DNA of 64,000 nucleotides from Albugo candida (Eukaryota): NCBI GenBank assembly GCA_040437565.1, contig JBDOQK010000016.1, positions 124,001 to 188,000 of the forward strand, read 5' to 3'. Shown piece by piece: positions 11,098 to 24,400 of this stretch (position 1 is its first letter; each line of letters starts with the position of its first letter). The notes under the pieces were generated by a model. It saw only the letters and a program-made list of their open reading frames with translations, ran no database searches and was not told where the DNA came from. The position numbers and the translations under genes were made by a program.

Positions 11098-12534
11098 TAC
11101 TCGATATGCCTGAAATGGTGTGAGCCACTTTACACACGTCCTTTTTTCTTGTAAACAGCTTCGTGTATTTTTGACTGCTCTATGCGCTCGTCTGTGGGTC
11201 ACTCCATCCCCGTCTATCACATCGATTCAAAATCATGGAAAACTGTGACTGCTAAGACCAATGGGGCTACACTAGGCATTTCACTCAACACGAGCACCGA
11301 GTAACGCGGTTTCCATTCCATTAGCAGCTTCAAGTTTCATCGCTCATCTAATTCGTTTCTCTCTTCGTCGTACTCTTGATTGACGTCGTGTTATGATCCA
11401 ACAAGCGCCTGTCTTCACTCCATTTCCGCGGCCTTCTTTTATTGTTCTGTAGTCTACTCAATGCCGTCAATCGAAGGGCTGTGTGGTTCATGGATGAATT
11501 CGGTGGCCACGTTTATTCCGAATGTATGCATAAAAAGCTTTGCTGTTCATTTCAGATACCTGCCTAGCGGCGCGCGCGCGTCCAGCATACTTGAAACCAG
11601 TCGATGGTTCACAATTAGCATCAACGATAGATGTGTTACCACTTCCCGGGCAAATGCCAACGTTCTTGCAAGGTCGAGTCCTATGACCAAAGCTACATTC
11701 AGAAATGAGAAGTTTCAGGGTGATAGAGCCTTCCAGAAGCCATTTTGCACACTTTTCATTATATGTCAGTACGGTAGAGATATGTACCTTATTTTATAAC
11801 TACTTGCTACTCCGCTCTTTGCGACTCGCTATCGTGTGAGGGTTACGATGCGATCAATACGATTAATCGGCCACCTCAAGATCGATGTGTATTGTACCTG
11901 ACGAACATTGTGTTATCAAATATAAAGTATTACCGACGTATTTGGGACGTTTTGGTCCAGCTTCAAATCCTAGACTTAGGTGTAAACATCGAGCACTCCT
12001 GTGATCGAGCGGTAAGATGGCGCTCCTTTGCTATAAACTCGATAGAAGAAGTGCTGTTCTGGTAGTATGACGATGCGACATAATATCGCAAACAAGATTC
12101 CATTATACAAAGGAGAAGAAGTATTTATACAGTGAAATGTCATTAGTCCCTTCACAGAAACTATAAGCAATTGTAGCTTTAGTGTGTGGATAATCGTAAT
12201 CGCAACGTTCGATGCATCCCTGGCTGTTTCATGCAATTATCGTAGGATGAAGTAAGTGTACTGTATGTACTGTACTGATTGACGCCGGTAAAGGCATCGT
12301 CGTAGGACCTGGTGAGTCATGTATGATGACGCGGGCATCGGGACTACGAGTATAAAGCATGCTATAACGTGCTGGTAGAGTGCATTGTGTTAAAGATATG
12401 ATTTCATTACATCTGATATAATGGTTAAGTGCACTAGATCTATGGCTCACTATAGGATCCTACAAATATCAGGTAGATTGTGCACCATCTACGTATGTTG
12501 GTGTGGTGAACATAACTTCGTGCACGGCTCGAGC

Positions 12535-14898
12535 ATGCTCTTGGCGCCACGTAAATGTAGAGCATTCTCTACATGTGCTGCAAGCACTTGGATCCGCCCT
12601 GATAGCTTCGATTACTTGCAACAAACTATTGAAAGTCGGGCATACGAGGCAGCAGTCCAAACTCCATTGACCTATGCTTCTGGGTTGTCCAAGCAATTAG
12701 CATCAAAGTGCAGTTTATTTCTTAAAAGAGAGGTGCCACAAGTGTTTAATCCTGGGACAGCAATCAAATTCTCTAAAATAGGATCTACAAACCACGTTTT
12801 CATTCAATGTGCGTGGCGCACATAATAAAATCGCATCTTTGACAGAAATCCAACGGCGAAATGGAATCGTTGCTTGCGCTGCCGGCAATCATCTGCATGT
12901 ATAACCTCCACGCTTGCCCAATTACCAGGCTGCCTCAAGGAATTTTGATTTAGGGTGTTGCGTATTCGGCAACCAAACTTGGAATTAGTGCACGTATGAT
13001 CGTACCTATCGGGTCTATGAATCATCAAGTATACAAATTCGTATACGAACCGATCAAACTTCTCATTGTGTATATTTTGATAGCTTTCATTTCTACGGAA
13101 CGATCACATCGAAATTGTTGAGCAAGGTCACCACTTTGAAGACGNNNNNNNNNNNNNNNNNNNNNNNNNNNNNNNNNNNNNNNNNNNNNNNNNNNNNNNN
13201 NNNNNNNNNNNNNNNNNNNNNNNNNNNNNNNNNNNNNNNNNNNNTCGTACCTATCGGGTCTATGAATCATCAAGTATACAAATTCGTATACGAACCGATC
13301 AAACTTCTCATTGTGTATATTTTGATAGCTTTCATTTCTACGGAACGATCACATCGAAATTGTTGAGCAAGGTCACCACTTTGAAGACGCGATGGTATGG
13401 TTTGCCTCTTATACGAAGTAGGTCCAGGCGCTGAACACAATTGAAGAAACATGCCATCCAGATCGCTCAAAACGAAGGAAGAGCATTCATACACCCATTC
13501 GATGATCCGATGGTGATTGCCGGGAACGGAACTGTCGGCATGGAAATCCTGCGTCAGGTTGGAAATCTTATCCTGTCTTTGTGTCGCATCCCTGAGATTT
13601 CTCATATAGATGTCAGGCAAATGGCCAGATGCAATTTTCGTTCCAGTCGGAGGAGGAGGCTTAATCGCCGGTATCGCCGCATACGTAAAGCGAATTGCGC
13701 CAAATGTGTCCATCATTGGGGTAGAAGAATCTGGTGCGAATTTGCTGCAAGAATCGTGCAAGGCCAAAAAGCGCGTACGATTCACAAATGTGAATTGCTT
13801 CACAAACGACGTCGCCATGAAGCAAATTGGTCAAGAAAACTTTAGAATTTGTACGGATTTAGTGGATAAAGTGATCACAGTGTCAACCGATGAGATATGT
13901 TCGGCGATCCGAGACGTTTTCGAAGACACCCGTTCGTTGATGGAACCATTAGGTACGCTTTAAGGTGCCCGTCGTGTTCGTTTCTGACATTCTTCAAGGT
14001 GCACTGAGTGTTGCCGGAGTAAAAAAGTATGCTGGAACGAACGGAATCGGGAAAAAATATGTTGCAATCCTAGCTGCAGCGAATATGGACTTTGATCGTT
14101 TGAGATTCATCTCCGAACGGTGAGTTTGCGGTAATTTCTTTGAGACTATCACTTACAAAAAGCTCTCGTTGTACAGATCAGATGATCGAGAAAGAATCAT
14201 GTCCGTTCAGATTCCAGAGCGTAGAGGCGCATTTCAGCAATTATATGACTTGATATGTACGCTTTCATCTAAAGTATATATTCGAATATCTGATGCATTC
14301 TAGTGTATAGTTCCGTATAATGTGACCGAGTTTACGTATCGAATGGTGTCCCAACATGACATTGTTGCTCAGATCCATTTGAGTATACAAACCAAAACAG
14401 AGTCTGAGTTTCATGAGGTATTATCTCGAATCAATTCTCAGAAAGAGATGCAAGCAATCGATCAGAGTCAGAACGAGTTGACGAAAGCACATTTGCGTTA
14501 CTTGGGAACGGGCAGGGCACAAGTTGTACGTTCATCAATACACATTGTCACCAGATCTGATTCCCTCATTTCGTAGCCCTCCTCAGAGCGTGTGTTCCGT
14601 ATGAGCTTCCCTGAACGACCGGGAGCACTTAAAGATTTCCTGGATTGCGTCAGGTGAGTAATCTCAAGTTGTACCGTGTCCGAATGTGATCGATTATCTC
14701 GTACTTAGTCATTCAAATCACAAGTGGAATATAAGCCTTTTTCATTATCGGAATCATGGAGCAGATATCGGTCGAGTTCTCGTAGCGTTCCAAGTGCCTC
14801 CTTTCGAAAACGAAGCTTTTGAGGGTTTTCTGCGGGATTTGAATTTTGCATTTTATGAGGAAACGCAGAATTCAGCCTACCAGCAGTTTCTTTTGTAA
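12535..14898 (+). CDS. Threonine deaminase (IlvA/Ilv1)-like protein with two C-terminal ACT-like regulatory domains; multi-exon; catalytic Lys absent
   Basis: [64 protein letters not shown] and [20 protein letters not shown] motifs. N-terminus resembles a mitochondrial presequence. Interrupted by a gap with duplicated flank (13145-13244). Confidence 0.9.
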
Positions 14899-15401
14899 TT
14901 GCTTTTGATATCGCTTCGCTTTCCCGTGAAACTTTATGAGAAAAGCTGCCTCATTATAACTGACAAGTGCGCTTTGAGTGGAAGCAGTACCGTGCTGATT
15001 ACGAGTAGATCAAGTTCCGTTTTTGTAAACGATTTACATGCCGTTATACACTCTGATATTTTACCAATCATATGTATGCGTGAGGTTCCTTCGTACCTTT
15101 TCAATTGGATTAGATCCAATCACCCTACATTTCTATCAAACAACAGAAATCTCAAGTACGCACACATCCAAACATCTGAGTCACAGGGTAATAACCAATT
15201 GTGACTGGCAAAATCTAAACTGTTTTGTGCTTCTCGACTTGTTTTGCGTGGATACGACGTCCCTTAAAATCTCTAAAATCTGGGACACTGTGAACCGTGT
15301 ATCGTGAACATCACTCTGGGGCCTCGGCTAGTTGTGATATACATTAATACTTTTTCTTTTGTGGGACGAGATACTTTTAGGTGTACAAATTCAAACCAAA
15401 C

Positions 15402-18400
15402 ATGACAGCAGATACGGCTCCAACGAATGCAGTGGAACCACCGCTTTTAGAGGAACTAAAACTGATCACCGTGTTAACCGATATCTCTCTTGAACGTCTT
15501 CCGAAGGTGCTCAAATGTATCGACACTTGGCCATTTGAAGCGCCTGCGAATTGCTATAACTGGCTTCATGTTTTACACAATTTGAAAGCAATTCTGAACA
15601 ACGCAAAAGAAGCGTGCCCTGAACTTATGTTGCATGACACCATAGACACTAATTCTAAACACGAGGGAACACCGTCACCGCAAGAAGAATTAGTATGGAC
15701 AGAAGCTGTCTATCAGGTGTTACGATTTTTAGGCTTAATGTTTGGGAATGCTTTGGAGAAACATTTATTTGACGGAATGGATTCAGTTGTACAGTACATA
15801 AAAGCGCGTAATGAACGCGTCATACAAGCCGCGGTTCATGTCATCGCAATGCGGTCCGTACCGGTTCGTACCATTTCAAACGTCGATTCCACAAACCGTG
15901 ACAGCACCAACGAGTCTCGATCTGGTACGCACGACACACAACCACCGTGGCTGGGATCAAATGCGTCTCAAATACAACAATACTTGTTACAAATGGTACA
16001 AATCGATAGTAACACATATCACGGTGTGGATTGGGCACAAGACGCAACTACCACCCCGAATCCGTCCCAACTTGCTCGCGAGACGTTTGTGTATCAATAC
16101 ACCGAACCAATTGTACAAAACAATTCAAGCAGTCAAAAAGTGATTCGAGTTCCCATTCCGATTGATTCAAACAGTTTTTTACACCACAATTCATTTGCGT
16201 CGGAAACACTTGCCAGCACGTTGTGCGAACAATTAATTGCTCAATTCAAAATCCCAAGAAATCACTGGTTCTCATTGCTCGTCAAAATCCAAAGCTGTGT
16301 GGCTGTACGAAGCCGTCAAGCTCGAGAATGTCTCATTCTACAGCGTCTACATGCTCTACTGGCCCTCATTCACATCGGCTCTAGCGCCAAAGAGATCCTC
16401 AAGTACCTCGAAACCCATCCAGAGCTCATTCGGACCGTTGTGGAGCTCATCCGCGTGGAAATGCACGATACTATCTCGCTTCAAATCCGTTTAGCCGCGT
16501 TACAGGTTCTCACGGGACTTGTACAAGATCGCTCATGCTTTAGTCGAAGAGGACTCGTTGGACGGCAATCCACTGTGCTCTCTGAACTCGGAATTATGAA
16601 AGGAACGCCTCATGGAGTCTTTCCATCGCTTATTCGATTTTGCATTTCGGAATTGGGAGCGATTTCCATTCGACAGGCACGTCAATCGAAAGCTTTAGAA
16701 GAGAAAAAGGAAGGGCCGAATGCATCGGGAAATGCGAGTTTGATGGCTTCCGAAGGAGAAACCGATATGGAAATGAGTCTTGCGGTTGCATTCGTACAAG
16801 CAACGACCGATGATCTATCCCCACGCGAATTAGAAGCTGTGAATAGCTCTTCCTTCCGCGACTATTCCAACGCACAAGATGTCATTCTGAGCTGGATTGA
16901 AGGCGTCTTAACGCTTTTACAAGCAGTTGTATCGAATCCTGTGGGTGCCTCAGTCTTGACCGAGAATGGAATTGTCCCAGCTCTACTCCATGTCATCAGT
17001 ATGCCTGCGGTCTGTTGTCTCCATCGTGCCACTATCACACAATGCGTAAGGGTTCTACAAGCAACAATCAGTAATTACGCAACCGCTGCAGCTTTATATC
17101 GCGATCTCAATGGAGTGTCTATCGTAGTCGATCGTCTGGTGGTCGATTGTGCAGCTGTTGCCGATACCAATCCTCCAATAGTAGCGTCAAAGCCCCACAC
17201 ATTGGAGCCCACACTGCGAGTCTCAATGAGTGACACTAAACGCGTCTTACTCTCCGCGCTCTTCCGACTATTATCGGCTTCCTTCCACACACAAGGCGTC
17301 ATGAGTGCTGGATCGACCAGCCGCGTGATTCGGGAAGATGGAATTCTCAGCAAAGTCTTACAACGAATGTTTGATCAACTCGATCTTTTTGGTGCCAATA
17401 CCATCGCTGAAGCCGCAACTGTGGTCTCCGACATTATCAATAATGATCCAACAAGCGTCAATCACATCCATCACGCAGGAATCGCTGATAAATTGATGAA
17501 AATGCTGACTCGATGGGATCGTTCAGCATTCAGTTCGTCGGAAATGCTACCTCCGAGCTCCCGTCTCATCCAAACACTTCCATCACTGCTCCATGCGATC
17601 ACATTGACCAAAGAATCAGCAGCCAAAGTGATGGAATGGGATCCTATCGCGTACCTGTTGGATCTCTTTGCCACGCCATGCTACGTCCTCGCTCCATACA
17701 AAGTCCTTTATCCCGAACTCATTCAGCACGCAGGCACCGGCATCTATCAATTAATGCGTCAATCGAATCAGATTGAGCAAACGATTCTCAAAGAATGGGT
17801 TGTCGCTATTCAAAAAGTGATATCGTTTGGAAAAATGCATTTGGAGCGTCCATTCGATACATTCGACACGGACGTTGATGGAGTGCCTTTAAGCATCGAA
17901 GAAAGCCGTCTAGCACTCCTCCGAATGACAAGCAATGTCTTGGATCTGCTTCAGAATTGCGTGTCGAAATCCGATTATGCCGCGACATTTGCCTCAAACG
18001 GAGGCGTATCATCGATCATCGAATTGTATCAATTGTGCGTCGATTGTGTGGAACCGAATGGAGCTTCCTCGATACTGAATACCGAGACAACCAATGCACA
18101 AGGACCCGTGGAAGTCGCATTCCAAAGCGCTTTGAATTCGATCTCAATGACCTTGCGGCTGTATGGGTCTCAGCAGCCTGCCGTCTTATTAGAGCTGGTC
18201 ATCCAATACATTGCCACGTGCTTGATCGAGCTCCAAGAAACACACACTGCGCTTGTGAATGACAATAACAACGTATTCTCATTGCTGTCGGAAGAAGAAA
18301 TCAACAGCTTTTTCAGTCTTACGAGAAAGGAGCCTCAGGTCGATACAACTCGAAATTTGACGAAATGGATGGGTTTGATTGGGACAGCGGAATGGCTCGT

Positions 18401-21400
18401 TCGACAGCTCAGTTGGATCATTACGAGTCTCCAGGAACACGTTCAAAGCCGTCGGATATTTGTGGAGCTTACGACTCCGTCGAAATTGAGTGTGTTGTCG
18501 CAATTATTTGCATTCGATCAAACGATNNNNNNNNNNNNNNNNNNNNNNNNNNNNNNNNNNNNNNNNNNNNNNNNNNNNNNNNNNNNNNNNNNNNNNNNNN
18601 NNNNNNNNNNNNNNNNNNNNNNNNNNTTACGAGAAAGGAGCCTCAGGTCGATACAACTCGAAATTTGACGAAATGGATGGGTTTGATTGGGACAGCGGAA
18701 TGGCTCGTTCGACAGCTCAGTTGGATCATTACGAGTCTCCAGGAACACGTTCAAAGCCGTCGGATATTTGTGGAGCTTACGACTCCGTCGAAATTGAGTG
18801 TGTTGTCGCAATTATTTGCATTCGATCAAACGATTCAGACGGAACGTGCGATGTTGGAAATGCGTTTTCGAACGCACTCGACCGAGAAGACGGTCGACGG
18901 ATGGCGTGTTGGATCGCTTTTACTCCTTCGATTCTCTGTGATGGCTCGACGTGTTCTGTGCGACCTCGCGAATAGTTTTGTGAGCACTCCTTTCCAACAG
19001 CGTCGTAACACCGACACTGCGGTCGTATTGGCTCCACACGCACGTGAAATGGCCGTATTTCTCAGTGGAATCATGGAGGCTTTTGTGAAGTGGATCCCGC
19101 ACGACGATACTTCCACATTGTTGTCGATCACTTTCTTCCTGGAAACACTGTGTCAATTATTATTCGAATCGAAGCATTCTCAGCCCAATACGCTCCTTCT
19201 CGTCCAATTCATGAAACATCGAATGGATTCCACGACGCTTATGGACGCTATTTTCAAAATCGTACGGAAGGTATTCCATGTGGAGCACTTTATATCGGAA
19301 GAGAACACTGACGAAATGCTTCCGGCCACACGAATCAAAATCAGTGCTTTTCATATCGCTTCGTGTTTCATCCGACGTCTTTGCGATTTAGAAGCGTTAT
19401 CGTCGTCACCCATTACGTCGACGCTGTTCCATGATCCAGCGACCCGCGTGCTCGATGTGGAGCCTCGCGTTCTCACAGTTCGACTTCAGTTTTGGTGCAC
19501 TCAATTGGTCTCAAGTGTGTGGAAACACGAGCAATTCGCATCCTTACGGACCCATCGCTGCATTTTGGACGTGTTGGCAATCGCAGTCACAATTCTAAAG
19601 AACCGTTTGGATGACAGTGAGCACGCGAATGCGTTTGGAGCTCGACGGAACGAGGAGACATGTGCGCGATACTTTGAGCCGTTTTCCGTGGATCCCGCGG
19701 TAGTGGACAATTTGACCGCAATGGGATTCACTCGCGAGCGTGTGGAGAACGCAATTCGTCGTATTGAGTTGAATGACGTCGAATTCGCGATGGAATGGAT
19801 TCTATCGCATCCGGAAGAGACCGCAACGGAAGCGGATACAGGCGCTGATACAATCGAAGCCGCGTCGATGGAGCAGGAGTTGGGGATACAATTGGAAACG
19901 CTGTCGACGCAATTGGAAGCGAAATGTCTGGAGATCCTCCAATGTCAAGCGAATCGCTCGATTCCATCGAACGAAACATATTCGTGTCATCAGGTCGCCG
20001 TGTCGATCGCACAGCAATTAGAAACGCTATTTCGACGTTCGAATGAGAATGCGACGGCGTTATTGCGATGTTTTACGACGAAATTGACACAACAAATCGA
20101 AGAGGACAATACGTACACCACGACACTCGTTCATATGCTTTTACTGATGCTTCATTTTGACGGTGGAGCTCGTGCGTGGACGCAGTTTACCAGTGTGCAT
20201 TCGATGCTCGCGGACACGCTGTTGAAAACTCTTGTAGCGTATCTAAAGCATTCAGTGGAACGAGCAGCGTATACGACTGTGAACGACAGCAGTGTGGCGT
20301 TTGTTCTGCTGCTTGTGGACGTATGGATGGAGAGCAACGCATCCTTCAACATCGACACATCCGAACTCGTGGACGTCGCACTGGCACTCCTCCAACTCGG
20401 TCAAAGCGATTGTGAATGTCGTCTGCATCCGCATGTCGCTCACGCAGGCTTCCAAGTGCTAATTCGACTCACACGAACGTATTCGACGGCGCTTTTATTT
20501 TATGAGAAACGAGGAATGCAAGTAGTGCTCGGATTACATCCACAAGCAGCGTTTACGGCGTATGGACAACTCACATGGACGCTGATATTTCATGTTCTCG
20601 GCGCACCGGCGGTTGTGGAGCATTTGGCACAGGAAGCTATACGGAACGCGATGCAGAAGCTGACATCGCGCTTTGGAGCTGTGCATCCGACTCGAATTAC
20701 GCCTCGGACGCTATTGATGGAAGTCGCAGCCATAGCGTCACACAACGAGGAAGCATTCATGCAGGCGATGCAGCACACGGTGCGTCTCCAACAAAGCGAT
20801 TCCGGGCGGACGTATGTGATTCTCCGTGACGTCGATACCGAACGTGTATGGAAGCCATGCAAGACGTATCGTCAGCATGTGAGTGCATTGGTGCACGGCC
20901 TCGTGGAAAGGATCCAATGGCTCGAAAAAGCCGACTCGAACGATACGCTGTGCGTGGGCACATTTCTGTTTCTGCTGTCACAAATGGTGTCGACGTACTC
21001 ACTGGCGGCGTCGGTAATCGCTAAAATGAAATTCGACAGTGAAAATGGGTTTATTTCGATGGTGCTGAAGGATTTCTTACCGTCGAAAGAATTGTGTTCG
21101 TTCTTAGCGCTCGGAAAAGCAGTGAGAAGCAGTGTGAAGAGTGAAAAGCACGCACACGTTTTACGCCAACATGCGTTTATGACGCGTTCGATTCGGACTC
21201 GCGTACGCTTTGCGCACGAACTGTTGGTGCATATGGCTCAGCATTCCATCGACGGAGGCAAACACGTCGTTATCGAAGTGATTCGGCTTTTGGAACAATG
21301 GCCAAATGTCGAGACTGAATGCGTTCGCGATGATGTTCTGTTGGCGCAATTACACGCGTGGACATGCGTTCTATCGAGTTTGTTATGGCCAAAGGGGAAG

Positions 21401-24400
21401 CCTTTCGCGTGGGATGCAGTGGTTCAAGGCGGCTTTCAAACAAAATTCTCATTAGTTCGAACATTAGCGGACGCGATACAAAAAATCGATCCGATGCATC
21501 CGTCCGCGTTCCCATTGTCGTTGACGGTGCTGGGGCCTTTAGCGCTACTTACGCGACCGATTGTTACGCGTCGAATGGATCGGATGCTCCACAAACCGAT
21601 TGAGACACCGGAACGCGAGATGGAAGCGGCTCAGGAAATGGAAGGGTCCGAGGACGGATCCTCTGAAAGCGAGAGTTCTAGTCGCGCGTATCAAGACGTG
21701 ACAATGCATTCGCCGACGTCACAGGACGGAAGCGATTCCGATAGCGAAGAGAGCGCTGAAGACGGGCAATTTGTGATCGATCAAGAGCAAGACGATGAGG
21801 ATGAAGATATGGAAGAAGAGCAGGAGACTCGTCTCGGTGAATTTGGACGCTTGTGGGATCCTGTGACGCGCGTTCGAACGGATCAGACGGAATCGTCGTA
21901 CCTGCAGTTATTGTCTCAGGAAAGTATGGTCGCGTCCGAGTACGCTCGTCGCGATGAGAATTCGGATACTCGCGAGCATCGATCGCGTGAATCAGTGGCA
22001 GATCGGTTGATTCGATCGCTTTTGGATCTCGTTCACGTGGAGAATGGAGATCGAGCGAGTGTGAGCGTAAGTCTCGACATGAATGACGATGAATTGGATG
22101 CGTTTTTCGGATCGATTTTCGAGTCGAATGCGCGTGGGCAATCGCGTGAGGCTCGTCCGATGACATTCTTTGACGTTGGCAATTGGAACGGATCTCAAGA
22201 CGCCATATCGGATCCGTTTATGGAGCAGCCAACACGGCCTTCCGTGTCGAGTCGGACTGAAGAAATGACACATCCTCTGCTCCACCCGCCAGCGCGCGAG
22301 CGTGAGCGTGAGCGTGAGCCTAACGTGTCTCGAATCTCGTTATCTCGACATTCGCATTTGTCCGTGTTACGTGACCTCCAAGAGCTGTCTGATGTACTAC
22401 ACGTGCAGCCAACGCGAAGAAGAGAGGACACACAACGACCACGGAATCGAATGGGGTTCTTGGAAATGGACGTATTGGATCATTGGACGCCGACATCGAC
22501 AATTCTTGATCCTTTACGACCGCTTCATCGCTCGGACGATTTCAGGAGAATGTATCGGAACGCTGATCGACCAGCAGTACGAAGTCATTCACGTGCTTCA
22601 CGAGAACCGGATGTGCGTGCATTAGCGTCGAGATTGGAACAGCGATTGTATCAGCAAATGGAGCCGTCTGCCGACACGGAAGTCGTTCCTTTGACTGAAA
22701 ATGCTACGGATACAAATGATCGACCGCCAGTGAATGAGACACCGGAACGAGCAGTGGAGACCGCATCCGATTCAGCATCGGTGATCGCGTTGGCCAGTAC
22801 GTTGGATGAGAGCTCACTTCGATCTCCACGCGAACCGGAACGCCCCATTCGAGCTCCATCCCCAGCGGAACCGACTTTGAACGCACCGGAATTGCTCAAT
22901 TTCACACTCGATCTCAGCGGACTCGAAGGCGAGACAGAGACAAATGAGACCATAGAGCCACATCGAGCGATTGTGTGCCCGGAAGGAATGGATCCTGAAG
23001 TATTTGAATCACTTCCACCAGAGATGCAAATGGAAATAATGGCGCAATTTGGCGTTCCTGTGGAAAATGAAACACCGCCATCTCGCGAGACACAATTGAA
23101 TTTGGATATGGAAAACTCGAATTTCGATCGTGAGACGCTGGAAGCATTACCTGCCGATATTCGTGAGGAAGTACTGGCAAATGAACGACGTGAGCGCGAA
23201 GCTGTAGCGCCCGCCGATGTATCCCACGCGCAAGATATGGATAACGCGTCCTTTGTGGCGTCGTTGGCGCCTGATTTACGCGAAGAGATTCTATCGACAT
23301 GTGATGATGCGTTCCTCGAAACACTTCCATCCGATATTCGAGCAGAAGCGTTGGTTCTTCGGGAACGTGCGGTGTTCCGTTCGGCGTATCAGACACACGA
23401 CACTCGACGATCGAGGAACGAAAATCGACCACGCGAAGATGTATTTCGACGTCCAGCACTTCGACGAATGATGACGTCCCATGGAAATGATGTGTTGAGT
23501 CGACGATCAAGCGGAAGACGTCAGTGGAACGCGCAGAATACGTCGAGTTCGCATGAGATTCGCGTGGGTGAGATCAATGCGCCTTTGGACGAGAAGGAAG
23601 CTGAAGAGCGGATTTTGAGTCATTGCAATGTGAAAGCGCTTTGTCGACTTGTGTACATGTCGGAATCGATCGCACACAATCGCGTGTACCTCCGCGTGGT
23701 ATCGAATGCGTGTTTGTATCCTCTGACACGCGCGTGTTTCCGGAAAATGTTGCTTCATATCGTCACACAGCCGTTGTCGCATCCACTGCTTCCTTTGGAT
23801 CTTATCCGTGTGTCTGAGTCGCATCCCAACGGCGATTTCACAGACCTGATGGGCTCTCTGTGCCAGACATGCGGTCAAGAAGGAGGAAGGATTCCCGTTC
23901 AAGTGGTTGGACGCGTGCTGGAGATCTTTGTCGCACTTGCACGTCATAATCTTCGCTTCTCAGTGGATCTCTTACAGCCGCATGGAATGCATTCGACAGA
24001 CTCCAATTTGGCGCAAGAGACTCTGCCGGCAGTGGCAGTGTTCATCCATATGCTCGCTGTTCCAATTGTGTACAAGAACGGGTCGAATGTCGATCTCTTA
24101 CTGGAACTCATTGAGCTGATTCTCGCGCCATTACGCTGTCACCGCAAAGAGATTGAGAGTGAGGAGAAAGAATCGGAATCGGAGACCAAAGCGGAAGAGA
24201 AGCAGGCGGATGCTGTCGAGGTGAAGGGAGAGGATGACAGCGATAAGAATGAATGGATTCGCGTTCCTCGAGTGGAATTGGATCAGACGCATATGGACGC
24301 TCTTGTGCGAGTGTTGTGCCTGGATCTATGCACACCACCGATGCAGGAACGATGTGTGCGGATCTTTGATCTTCTTGATACAATTCCATCGAATCGACCG

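Noticed and set aside
11250-12450. Unassigned 1.2 kb between PIG-H and the deaminase homolog with several short ORFs
   Set aside because: No coherent spliced model or recognisable domain could be built; RNA-seq is needed.
18319-18834. Apparent frameshift or split of the HECT gene into two ORFs (also the ABCG at 32521-32620)
   Set aside because: The frame change is caused by the arbitrary 100-N gap plus duplicated flank; collapsing the overlap restores one frame.
22292-22319. (CGTGAG)n micro-repeat in the HECT gene
   Set aside because: Simple coding repeat (RERERE) in a low-complexity region.
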